A stretch of 64,000 nt of DNA from an uncultured Polyangiaceae bacterium (lineage in GTDB: Bacteria; Myxococcota_A; Polyangia; Polyangiales; Polyangiaceae), in contig CAZSVU010000005.1 of NCBI GenBank assembly GCA_964610275.1, positions 484-64,483 of the forward strand, read 5' to 3'. The position numbers and the translations under genes are program-made. Shown here piece after piece: positions 18,583 through 27,338 of this stretch. The notes beneath the pieces were generated by a model. The model was not told the origin of the DNA. It worked only from the letters and a program-made list of their open reading frames with translations, and ran no database searches. Numbering within the stretch: the stretch's first letter is position 1; every line of letters begins with the position of its first letter.

Positions 18583-19107
18583 ATGACCGGGGATTCTGCC
18601 ATCGCGACGGGTACGCGATTTGCAGCGAGTCCACGCATGAACAGCGTGATGCCGACGTCCAGTCCCGGAATCCGAAAGGCTCGGGCCAGCCGCTTCCGCG
18701 GCGAGCTCGCACTGGCCCCGCTGGCGTTGGTCGGCGAACGTGACCCCCTACTCCGGCGTGCGCTCGCTGCGCTCCTCAGGCGGAAGGGCTACCGGGTTCG
18801 TGCCTGCAAGAGCGCCGAAGATCTCGTGAGCCAGCTGGCGGAGAGCCGCGGGGATCTGGACACGCCCGAGCACGTGGTCGTCGGCGTGGCCAGCGACGAG
18901 AGTGCCGCGTTGGAGGAGTTGGGCGCTCTGGACGTGGCGTTTGGATTACCACCCACCGTCGTGCTCCTTCCAGTCGCGGCGGACGAGCTGGCGCACCTGG
19001 CGCGATTGAGTGGCGCCTCGAGAGTGATGGACCGAGCACGCGCACTGAGCCTGCTGCCAGCGGCGGTAGCCGATGCGGCTCCCAGCCGCTGGGCCGACGA
19101 GGAATAG
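18583..19107 (+). CDS. Hypothetical protein with degenerate receiver-like fold
   Basis: ...LALVGERDPLLRRALAALLRRKGYRVRACKSAEDLV...EHVVVGVASDES...VVLLPVAADELA... has the REC alpha/beta rhythm. By hand alignment the phospho-acceptor Asp is replaced by Gly and the conserved Lys is absent. The start is uncertain (18637 and 18649 are alternatives). Confidence 0.35.
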   Translation: MTGDSAIATGTRFAASPRMNSVMPTSSPGIRKARASRFRGELALAPLALVGERDPLLRRALAALLRRKGYRVRACKSAEDLVSQLAESRGDLDTPEHVVVGVASDESAALEELGALDVAFGLPPTVVLLPVAADELAHLARLSGASRVMDRARALSLLPAAVADAAPSRWADEE

Positions 19108-19201
19108 GGGAGCGGGTCCCGCCGAGGCAACCGAGGTGACCTCAGTCGGATTGCACCCGATCGCTGTGCGGCCCCCACGAAACAATCTCCAAGCTTCCGC
19201 A

Positions 19202-19849
19202 ATGCTCACCGGCACGCATGCGTCACACGACCCGGCCGGCTACGGCCTGCTGGAGAAGGTCTATCCTGGCGACGACCTGCTGGAGCACTTCCGGTTCATT
19301 CGCGCACACGTTCGACGTGATCGTCCCGCCGTAGCGGCCGAGCTTCGGGTCGCGGCCGGGCGACTCGTGCTGTCCTCGTCGCGGCTCGATCCTGACAGGC
19401 GGTCCGCGACCGCTGCGGCGATCGAAGCGCTCGAGGACCTGGCCGTGCGGACCGAAGCGGGCGAGCCGGTCAAACAGGCGGAGCTCGACCAAGCCTTCGC
19501 TGCAGTGCGCATGGCAGCGGTCAGCGTCCGGTGGGCCACCCTGCTGGCACGCTGGCAGGCAGCGAGAAGCCTTCCGCCAGCAGAATGGGGCGAAGTCATT
19601 GCGGGCCCCGCCGAAGAGTTGGAGCAAGCTGTGTGGCTACTGGGCAGCGAGCTCGGTCGTGACGTCGACCCAGCGCTCAAGGCTGCGCGCGCCGTGGTCG
19701 GAGCATCGCAGGACACCGCCGCCGGAGCTGCAGCGCGGCTGCGGACCGAACTGGCCGTCGCAGAGGGGACACTAGTGCTCTTGCGGGTGCCGGGCGTCGG
19801 CGAGCGGGGGTGTCGGGTGGGTGGGCCACGACGCACCCAGGGCGGCTGA
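19202..19849 (+). CDS. Hypothetical helical protein
   Basis: The ORF is open from 19073, and ATG 19202 (MLTGTHASHDPAGYGLLEKVYPGDDLLEHF...) is the first plausible start. It is Ala/Arg/Leu-rich with no motif I recognise. Confidence 0.3.
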   Translation: MLTGTHASHDPAGYGLLEKVYPGDDLLEHFRFIRAHVRRDRPAVAAELRVAAGRLVLSSSRLDPDRRSATAAAIEALEDLAVRTEAGEPVKQAELDQAFAAVRMAAVSVRWATLLARWQAARSLPPAEWGEVIAGPAEELEQAVWLLGSELGRDVDPALKAARAVVGASQDTAAGAAARLRTELAVAEGTLVLLRVPGVGERGCRVGGPRRTQGG

Positions 19850-19891
19850 CACGCCAGGACTCCGGGATTGCGACCGGAGGGTTACCGAGGG

Positions 19892-20761
19892 CTACGCGGC
19901 CCGGGCCAGGCCCCGCAACGAGTCGTTGACCGGAGGGTCGAAGTGGACGTCGACCTGGGGGAAGGCGATGGTGATGCCGTGCTCCTTGAACGCCCACCAG
20001 ATGGCTTCGCGGAGCTGCGACGAATGCACGCGCGCGAGCCACGGATTGTCGGTCCACACGGCGACCTCGAAGTCTACCGAGGAGCTCCCGAAGTCCACCA
20101 GCAGGACCTGGCACGGCCGGTCCTGGAGTCTCCAGTCGAGCTTCTTCCCGACGTCCTCCAAAGTCTTTCGCACCAACGCCATGTCTGAGCCGTAGGTCAC
20201 CCCGACCACCACCCGCAGGCGGTAGAGCGCATCCTTCATCGTGTAGTTCTTGACCGTCGCCTGCACCAGCGTGGAGTTCGGGACGATCATCTCTTCCTCG
20301 TCCCGCGTGCGGACGAGGGTGGAACGAATGCCGGTCGTCTGCACCCGCACTACCGATCCTTCCACTTCGAGGACATCGCCAGTCTTGATGCTCCGCTCCA
20401 TGAGCAGGATGACGCCCGCAACGAAATTCTGGGCCAGAGTCTGCATGGCGAAGCCGAGACCCACGGCGAATACCGCGCCCGCGGCGAACAGGCCGCCGAG
20501 CTTCACGCCGGCCGTCTGCAGCGCCATGGCAATGCCGGTCGCCAGCACCGTGTAGTGAAGCAGCCGGGTGGCCACGCTGACGCTCCCCTGCGCCCCGACT
20601 CCCCGGCCCTTCAGTGAGCGCTGGATGACCACTCGCAGCGCCATCGAAAGCAGTTGCGCGGCGATCACGATGACCAGCCCGATGAGCAGGGTCGAGGTGG
20701 TGACCTTGACGTCGCCAATCATGAACAGCGACGCGTTGAGGATTGCGTGGACCTTCTGCAT
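19892..20761 (-). CDS. Small-conductance mechanosensitive channel (MscS family)
   Basis: Start ATG 20761 (MQKVHAIL...) is preceded by GGAGGG. Pore-helix and beta-domain signature: ...GLFAAGAVFAVGLGFAMQTLAQNFVAGVILLMERSIKTGDVLEVEGSVVRVQTTGIRSTLVRTRDEEEMIVPNSTL... The longer 367-aa ORF start would overlap corA. Confidence 0.88.
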   Translation of the reverse strand: MQKVHAILNASLFMIGDVKVTTSTLLIGLVIVIAAQLLSMALRVVIQRSLKGRGVGAQGSVSVATRLLHYTVLATGIAMALQTAGVKLGGLFAAGAVFAVGLGFAMQTLAQNFVAGVILLMERSIKTGDVLEVEGSVVRVQTTGIRSTLVRTRDEEEMIVPNSTLVQATVKNYTMKDALYRLRVVVGVTYGSDMALVRKTLEDVGKKLDWRLQDRPCQVLLVDFGSSSVDFEVAVWTDNPWLARVHSSQLREAIWWAFKEHGITIAFPQVDVHFDPPVNDSLRGLARAA

Positions 20762-20895
20762 GACCTGACCCTCCTGCCGAAAACGCGGCACGTTGGTCGC
20801 AAGAGCATGAAGAAGGACGGCAGGTGCCACAAGGGGCGTGCGGCCATTCTTCCGCACCGTTCGGCAGCCAGGCGCGTCGGACGGCCGGATCAGAG

Positions 20896-21957
20896 TCAGC
20901 GGCGCCGCTGGCCCAACCAGCCCTTGCGCCGGTAGTAGAACAGAAGCCCGACGGCGGTGGTCAGCATCACGCCCAGAAGACCCGGGTAGGCCCACCAGGC
21001 ACGTAGCTCTGGCATGTTCTCGAAGTTCATGCCGTACAGGCCGGCCATGAACGAGAGGGGAATGAAGATGCTGGCCATCATCGTCAGCACCTTCATGATC
21101 TCGTTGGCCTGATTTCCAGCCACGGCCAAGTGCGTGTCGAACAGACCCTGCAGGAACTCCCGGTACATCTCGGTGATGTCGGCAACCTGGACACAGTGGT
21201 CGCGGGTGTCGCGCAAGTACACTTTCGTTTCCTCGCTGATGAGGGCCCCCGTGCCGCGCAGCAACGTGTTGAGGCCGTCTCTCAGCGGCCAGACCGCACG
21301 GCGCAGCTGGAGCAAGTTTCGGCGCATCTGGTTGAGGCGCGCCAGCAGCGAATCGTCGCCGCTCTCCAGGACTTCATCCTCCAGGGTTTCCATGCGTGCC
21401 CCGAGCGCTTCCACGATGGGGTAGTAGCCATCCACCACCGTGTCGACGATCGAGTAGGCGAGATAATCGGCACCGGACCGCCGCATCGGCCCGAGACCTT
21501 CTTCCAGGCGCTGGCGTACCGGTCCCAGCAGGTCGTCACGTCCTTCCTGGAACGTGAGCGCCAGCCCTTCGCGGGCCAAGACGCCTACCTGTGAAACCAA
21601 CATGTCCCCACTGTCGTCGTGGCGCAGCGCGCGCACGACGAAGAGCTGGAAGTCCCCGCGAGGCTCGACCGCCGGCCGGTGCGGGACCTGCACCAAGTCT
21701 TCCAGCGTGAGCGGGTGGATGCCATACGTCTCGGCAACCCGACGAAGCAGCGCGGCATCCCCGAGTCCACGGATGTCGAGCCAGGTGATCGAACCAGGAG
21801 AGTGCGGAGCGGGCAGATCCTCGGCGAGGCTGAGCGTCCGAGAGGAGTATTCCTCCGCACCGTACACCACCACCTGAACCTCGGGCTTGGCCGCATGCTC
21901 GCTGATCGCGAGCGTCCCGGGGCGAGCGCCGATTGCGGGCAGAAGCTTGCGGAACAT
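20896..21957 (-). CDS. corA: Magnesium/cobalt transporter CorA
   Basis: Start ATG 21957 (MFRKLLPAIG...). The C-terminus has two TM helices with the YGMNFENMPE (GMN) motif. The 736-aa ORF in the track is this gene plus an upstream antisense shadow of 22126..23046. Confidence 0.9.
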   Translation of the reverse strand: MFRKLLPAIGARPGTLAISEHAAKPEVQVVVYGAEEYSSRTLSLAEDLPAPHSPGSITWLDIRGLGDAALLRRVAETYGIHPLTLEDLVQVPHRPAVEPRGDFQLFVVRALRHDDSGDMLVSQVGVLAREGLALTFQEGRDDLLGPVRQRLEEGLGPMRRSGADYLAYSIVDTVVDGYYPIVEALGARMETLEDEVLESGDDSLLARLNQMRRNLLQLRRAVWPLRDGLNTLLRGTGALISEETKVYLRDTRDHCVQVADITEMYREFLQGLFDTHLAVAGNQANEIMKVLTMMASIFIPLSFMAGLYGMNFENMPELRAWWAYPGLLGVMLTTAVGLLFYYRRKGWLGQRRR

Positions 21958-22125
21958 GTGTGTGAGTCTAGGGGCGCACGCCGCGGGTGACCACGCCCGC
22001 GTCTCGTGGCTCCAACAGCCTGAGATCGCTGCCGATTGCGACGATCCCCTCCCGCATGTGCCGCCGGGGTTGCCGCGCCACGCCGCTGACACCAGACTCG
22101 GCTGCGGTCGCGATCGCGATAGCGA

Positions 22126-23046
22126 GTGGCAATGCAATACGTGGAAGGGTGGTTCGGACGAGCCTGGGGCGGGCGCGCCGTTGCGCTCGTGGTGGGCCTG
22201 CTCATCGTGCTGGTGGCCACCCGCGTGCTGCGACGCTGGGCAACGAGGTATCTGGCCGACTCCAAGAGTCGCTACCACATGCGCAAGTCCGTGGCGCTGC
22301 TCGGCTATCTCGGCGCGCTGGCGGTGCTGATTACTGGCTTCAGCGGCAATCTGGGTGGCCTGGCCGTGGCTTTCGGCGCCATCGGCGCGGGGATTGCCTT
22401 CGCCCTGCAGGAAGTGATTATCTCGGTAGCGGGCTGGTTGGCGGTGTCGGGCGGTGGCTTCTACAAGGCGGGGGACCGCGTCCAGCTGGGCGGAATCAAG
22501 GGAGACGTGGTCGACATTGGTATTCTTCGCACCACCCTGATGGAGGTCGGAGAGTGGGTTCAGGGCGACCTGTACAGCGGCCGACTGGTGCGAGTGGCCA
22601 ACAGCTTCGTCTTCAAGGAGCCGGTGTTCAACTACTCGGCAGACTTTCCATTTCTGTGGGATGAGGTGCGCGTCCCCGTCCGGTTCGGGTCCGACTGGCG
22701 TCTGATGCGGGAGATCCTGCAGCGCGCTGCAGAAGAAATCACCGGTGAGTATGCAGCCCAGGCCCGTCAGACGTGGGACCAGATGGTGCGCAAATACCTG
22801 ATCGAGGACGCTCGCGTCGAGCCCGCGGTGACGCTCGTGGCCAACGACAACTGGATCGAATTCACCGTGCGCTATGTGGTCGATCACAAGGCCCGACGGT
22901 TGACCAAGGACCGGCTGTTCGAGCAGATCCTCGACGCCGTGGACGGCACCGGGGGCAAGGTGCAGTTGGCATCTGCCACGTTCGAGCTCGTGGCATCGCC
23001 GCTGCTGGATGTCCGGGTCGCTGCCGGCCAATCGGCGGAGAAGTAG
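22126..23046 (+). CDS. MscS-family mechanosensitive channel, paralogue 1 of operon
   Basis: Three TM helices plus ...GGLAVAFGAIGAGIAFALQEVIISVAGWLAVSGGGFYKAGDRVQLGGIKGDVVDIGILRTTLMEVGEW...RLVRVANSFV... Confidence 0.85.
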   Translation: MAMQYVEGWFGRAWGGRAVALVVGLLIVLVATRVLRRWATRYLADSKSRYHMRKSVALLGYLGALAVLITGFSGNLGGLAVAFGAIGAGIAFALQEVIISVAGWLAVSGGGFYKAGDRVQLGGIKGDVVDIGILRTTLMEVGEWVQGDLYSGRLVRVANSFVFKEPVFNYSADFPFLWDEVRVPVRFGSDWRLMREILQRAAEEITGEYAAQARQTWDQMVRKYLIEDARVEPAVTLVANDNWIEFTVRYVVDHKARRLTKDRLFEQILDAVDGTGGKVQLASATFELVASPLLDVRVAAGQSAEK

Positions 23047-23053
23047 ACGCGGT

Positions 23054-26000
23054 ATGGAAAACGACCCGCGACACGGTCTCGCAGGGGCGCCCCAACCCGG
23101 GTGCAAGAGGTGCTTCGCCTGCGGGTCGAGTCACCCCTCCCGGCACCTTCTCGCGATCGTACTGGTCGCGTTCGTGATCATGGCGGGTTGGCTGAGCGCT
23201 GCGGATGCGCGGCCCGCTCCGACCGCGTCCGCGTCCGCGTCTGCGGCAGTCGCATCGTCGCCTGATGCGGGTGACGGTGGAATCAACGACGCGGGCGTCG
23301 AAACCGAGCGTGCACGGCAGTGGCGGCAGACCGCGCAGCACATTCGTGAGCTGATCGCGGTCGAGCTCGCCCCCGAAGTCGAGCCCTCGAGCCTTTTCGA
23401 TGTTGCGCTCGACGACGAATCGGCGCTGGCGCTGGAGCGGAAGCGGCTGGAGGCACTGCTGCTCAGCGCTGAGGCTCGGTCGGATGCGGGTCCGAAGGAT
23501 GCCGAAGAGCGGCGGCCTCTGGCGTCCAGGCGAAAATCGGCCAAGCCAGCTGCCCCGGCCGAGGCGGAGCCAAGGCAGGCGGGAGACGCAGGCGCCGAGG
23601 CCGGCGTGGACGCGGCGGCGGCCGAGCCGGAACCCCCGGATCCTCGGGACTGGGCAGCGCGGTTGGAGCTCGACCGGGCGCGTCTCGCGTTCTACTCACT
23701 GCCCCGAGCGCGCCGCACCGAGCTGTTGGCCCGCCACGCACGGCGGCAGCAGGAGCGCGAGCAGGCGCAATCCGCTCGCGCACTGACCGCCGCTGAGAGC
23801 AAGGCCAAGAGCGCTTCCGAGGCGCAGCAGGAGGCTCTGAGAGAGGCCGGGCGGGCGCGCACCGAGGCCAAGCGGTTGCTCATCGAGGAGCGGGCACGTC
23901 TGCTCGGAGTCAAGGTGGAGCTGGCCCAGTTCGAGGCCGATCTGGCGCGACGTCGGCAGGCCCTGGATCAGGCCCGCGAGGGCGCCTTCGGCTGGCGTCG
24001 GCGGGTCAACGACCTGATCGAGCGGCGGCGCAATGGCCAGGCCGGGGACCAGGACGCCGATCGCCTGTACCCCGAGCTGCGCAGCGCACTGCGGGGACTG
24101 CGCGCCGAGTTGCGCGACGCGCTCTCGGCAGTCACGGCACCGTCATCGGTGCCCGTCGTGGGTCAGGATCCGCTGAGCGACTTGCCCGCGGAGGTCGACC
24201 GCACGGAGGTGGATGACGTGCGGCGGGAAGTCACTGCCCTGAGCACGCGAGTCGAGCAGGACGACGCCCAGTTGCGTTGGACCCGCGCCACGCTGCTGCG
24301 CGAGCTGGTGGGATCCCTCGACGAAGGACGCCTCGCGCTCTACCCGTACCTGTCCAGCGACCAGCGCACGAAGCTCACCAGCTTCAGTGCCTATGGGTGG
24401 GATCAGGCGTCGGCCGAGGGCTGGCAGGTGAGCCTGGTGCTCCGCCAACGCGTGCTGGCTGCGCGGCGCTGGGTGGGCGGGCTCTGGAGCGGCGAAGGCG
24501 GTCGCACCGAAGCGGTGTTTCTCGGCATCGACCTGCTCAAGATCCTGGGCCTGTTCGTCGTCCTGTGGTGGCTGCAGCGCCGCCTTGGTCCGCTGATTGC
24601 CAGCTTGCGTGCGCGATTCGAGACTCCCATGCTGGGGGCGGATCGAACCAGTCGAGCAGGTGGAGACCACGTCCTTCTTGTCGCGGATCGGGTGCGAAGA
24701 CCCCTGGGCTGGCTCGTGGCGACCTGGCTCGCCCTGGTGATAATGGGCGCGGAGGTCAGCGCGCTGTTGGAAGTGCAGCTGCTCTGGATCCTGGTGAGCT
24801 GGAATCTCGGTGGCGTCCTGGTCGTCAACCTCATCGATGCATTGGCCGCCGGGCACGACGTGGCCGATGCGCGGCGCCCGACCGCTGAGCTGCGTCTGCG
24901 TTCGTTGAAGCTGGTGGGTCGCGTGGTCGTGATCATCGGCCTCACCCTGGCGCTGACGAGTCACCTGGTGGGGCGCGGGACCATTTACAACTGGGTGCTC
25001 AGCACCTGCTGGTTCCTGGCCGTGCCCGTTGCGCTGTGGATCGTCATCTGGTGGCGGCGGGTCATCTTCGAGCGCCTCGAGCCGCGCGTCGAGGCCAGCA
25101 CGTTGGCCGCATGGGTGGTAGCGCGCAAGGACCGCTGGACGAGCCTGGTAGCGGCGACGGTGGGTGGTGTGTTCCTGCTTGGGCAGGGCACCGCCCGGGC
25201 CGTCGCGCGGTACGTGAGTGGCTTCGTGATCACCCGCCGCCTGCTGGCGTACCTGTTTCGCCGAGAGATCGCCAAGCAGACCCGGCGGCAGGAGGTGGAA
25301 GGCGCCCTCTCCCCATACCCCCGGAAGAAGTGCGCCGAATTCGATCCCGACACTCGCGCGACAGAGCTTCTTCCCACGGCGGCGGATGCAGACCTGCAGA
25401 GCGTGCTCGACGTCATCGACGCACCTGGGGGCGGGGTGTTTGCGCTGGTTGGAGAGCGTGGCAGTGGCAAATCCACCCTGCTCCGCCGGATCGTCGATGA
25501 GCATCCGCACTGCCTGCGTCTCCGCTGCCCCACCGGAGGGCTGACCGCGCTGCTCGCAGATCTCCGGCAGTTGCTCGAACTGGCCACCGACGCGACCGCG
25601 GAGCAGATCCGAACCGCGCTCGACACTCGCGCTGAAGACCATGCGTTGCTCATCGACGACTGCCAGCGACTCGTCGTTCCGACCATCAACGGCTTGCGGG
25701 ACCTCGACGCGCTATTGGAGATGGCGCGCACGTCGAGCGCGACGTGTGCGTGGGTGTTGGCCTTCGATTCCGCTCTCTGGGAGTTCGTGCAGCGTGCCCG
25801 CGGGGTTAGACCGCAGTTCGACGAGGTGCTGGTCATCCGCCCGTGGCCCGAGGAAGTGATCGCCGCTCTGGTGCGCCAGCGCAGCTCACAGGCTGGCCTG
25901 AAGCCCCGGTTCGATCATCTACTGCCGCCGGGCAACACCAATGAGTATCGTCGGGCCGAGCAGTTGGTGCGCACCGAGGCCGGCTACTACCGGCTACTCT

Positions 26001-26368
26001 GGGACTACTCGACCGGCAACCCCGCCGTAGCGCTGCGCTTCTGGTGTCACTCGCTCTACCTCGACGGCGACGGCGAGGTCTTCGTCCAGCTGTTTGCTAC
26101 GCCGGAAATGGCCGACCTCGAAGGGCTTCCGGACGCCACGGTGTTCGTGCTGCGCGCCGTGATGCAACTCGAGCCGGTGCGGATCTCGGACCTCGCCCTG
26201 GCCACTCGCATCTCGGCGCGCGAGGTCGAAGAAGCCGTCAGGTATGCTCGGGTTCGCGGCTACTTGAATGCGGATGGAGACCGGGTGCGGCTCAGCTGGG
26301 ACTGGTACCGAGCCGTATCTCGGTTGCTGCAGCGACGGCACCTGTTGGCGCTGCCGGGGAGTGCATGA
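23054..26368 (+). CDS. Membrane-anchored coiled-coil protein with C-terminal P-loop AAA+ ATPase and winged-helix domain
   Basis: The ORF is open from ATG 23009. ATG 23054 lies 7 nt after the upstream stop. The order is an N-terminal signal-anchor, then about 400 aa of Glu/Arg/Ala-rich predicted coiled coil, then about 6 TM helices. Next come Walker A (LVGERGSGKSTLLRRI) and Walker B (HALLIDDCQRL). The C-terminus is wHTH-like (ISDLALATRISAREVEEAVRYARVRGYL). Confidence 0.8.
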   Translation: MENDPRHGLAGAPQPGCKRCFACGSSHPSRHLLAIVLVAFVIMAGWLSAADARPAPTASASASAAVASSPDAGDGGINDAGVETERARQWRQTAQHIRELIAVELAPEVEPSSLFDVALDDESALALERKRLEALLLSAEARSDAGPKDAEERRPLASRRKSAKPAAPAEAEPRQAGDAGAEAGVDAAAAEPEPPDPRDWAARLELDRARLAFYSLPRARRTELLARHARRQQEREQAQSARALTAAESKAKSASEAQQEALREAGRARTEAKRLLIEERARLLGVKVELAQFEADLARRRQALDQAREGAFGWRRRVNDLIERRRNGQAGDQDADRLYPELRSALRGLRAELRDALSAVTAPSSVPVVGQDPLSDLPAEVDRTEVDDVRREVTALSTRVEQDDAQLRWTRATLLRELVGSLDEGRLALYPYLSSDQRTKLTSFSAYGWDQASAEGWQVSLVLRQRVLAARRWVGGLWSGEGGRTEAVFLGIDLLKILGLFVVLWWLQRRLGPLIASLRARFETPMLGADRTSRAGGDHVLLVADRVRRPLGWLVATWLALVIMGAEVSALLEVQLLWILVSWNLGGVLVVNLIDALAAGHDVADARRPTAELRLRSLKLVGRVVVIIGLTLALTSHLVGRGTIYNWVLSTCWFLAVPVALWIVIWWRRVIFERLEPRVEASTLAAWVVARKDRWTSLVAATVGGVFLLGQGTARAVARYVSGFVITRRLLAYLFRREIAKQTRRQEVEGALSPYPRKKCAEFDPDTRATELLPTAADADLQSVLDVIDAPGGGVFALVGERGSGKSTLLRRIVDEHPHCLRLRCPTGGLTALLADLRQLLELATDATAEQIRTALDTRAEDHALLIDDCQRLVVPTINGLRDLDALLEMARTSSATCAWVLAFDSALWEFVQRARGVRPQFDEVLVIRPWPEEVIAALVRQRSSQAGLKPRFDHLLPPGNTNEYRRAEQLVRTEAGYYRLLWDYSTGNPAVALRFWCHSLYLDGDGEVFVQLFATPEMADLEGLPDATVFVLRAVMQLEPVRISDLALATRISAREVEEAVRYARVRGYLNADGDRVRLSWDWYRAVSRLLQRRHLLALPGSA

Positions 26369-27312
26369 TGACTCGACGACATTGCATGAACGGAGCATGC
26401 GCAACGCTAGCGGCGCTCGGCTCGCTGTTGTGGACACCCATCGCAGCGGCAGCTGAGCCGGCGGCGCCGGAGTTCTCGCAGCTGGTCGGGTTCGTCCGCT
26501 GGAGCGGCGTGCTCGTGTCGATCGGCGTGGTCGTCGGAGCCATGATCCTGCTTCGGTTTCTCCACACGGCGGTGGAGCGCCTCGGCGCGCGTTTCGCGCA
26601 CCGGAGACTGACCTTCCAGAAAGTGGGCTCGTTCACCCGCTTCTTCGTCTACCTGGCCACGGCCATGGTGGTCATCCTGCTGAGCTTCCAGGTGAACCAG
26701 ACGGTGCTGGCACTGGTCGGCGGTACTTTTGCCGTGGCCGTCGGGTTTGCCATGCGCGACTTGGTGGCCGCGATGCTGGCGGGCGTCACCATCATGCTCG
26801 ATCGCCCGTTTCAGGTTGGCGATCGCGTGCAGTACGCGGGCGAGTACGGAGACATCCAGGCCATCGGCCTGAGGAGCGTGCGGATGCAGACCCTGGACGA
26901 CAACACGGTCACCATCCCCAACAACAAGGTCCTCACCGACGTGACGTCTTGCGGCAACTACGGGGCCCTCGACATGCAAGTTCAGGTCGATTTCCACGTC
27001 GGCACGGATCAGGACCTGGAACTGGCAGAGCGCCTGATCACCGAAGCCATCCTCACCAGTCGCTACGTCTACCTGAAGAAGCCCGTCGTCGTGCTGGTGA
27101 AGCAGGTCCTCAAGGATGATTTCGTTGCCGTGCACCTGCGTGGCAAAGCCTATGTGCTCGACACGAAGTACGAGAAGGCTTTCGAGACGGACGTCAGCAA
27201 GACCGTGTTGCGTGCATTTCGAGAGCACCGGATTCTGCCTCCGGCAGTCCTGCATCGATCCGCGGAGGTAGCTGCCAGGCCCTCTGCGCGGCGGGACGCT
27301 GGGGCAAACTGA
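26365..27312 (+). CDS. MscS-family mechanosensitive channel, paralogue 2 of operon
   Basis: ATG 26365 overlaps the upstream TGA (ATGA). A signal-like N-terminus is followed by ...LVGGTFAVAVGFAMRDLVAAMLAGVTIMLDRPFQVGDRVQYAGEYGDIQAIGLRSVRMQTLDDNTVTIPNNKV... Confidence 0.85.
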   Translation: MMTRRHCMNGACATLAALGSLLWTPIAAAAEPAAPEFSQLVGFVRWSGVLVSIGVVVGAMILLRFLHTAVERLGARFAHRRLTFQKVGSFTRFFVYLATAMVVILLSFQVNQTVLALVGGTFAVAVGFAMRDLVAAMLAGVTIMLDRPFQVGDRVQYAGEYGDIQAIGLRSVRMQTLDDNTVTIPNNKVLTDVTSCGNYGALDMQVQVDFHVGTDQDLELAERLITEAILTSRYVYLKKPVVVLVKQVLKDDFVAVHLRGKAYVLDTKYEKAFETDVSKTVLRAFREHRILPPAVLHRSAEVAARPSARRDAGAN

Positions 27313-27338
27313 GCATTCCCTGGCACGTTGGCTTGATC

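Noticed and set aside
21958-23106. Upstream 380 aa of the 736-aa minus-strand ORF 20896..23106
   Set aside because: Only the part from ATG 21957 is CorA-like. The upstream part is Arg/His/Gly-rich nonsense that lies exactly antisense to the well-supported MscS gene 22126..23046.
27321-27336. Sigma-54-like TGGCACGTTGGCTTGA upstream of the unknown gene in the MscS operon
   Set aside because: The -12 GC is not in register, with TG at the required positions. The element ends only about 3 nt before the start codon, leaving no room for a transcript leader.
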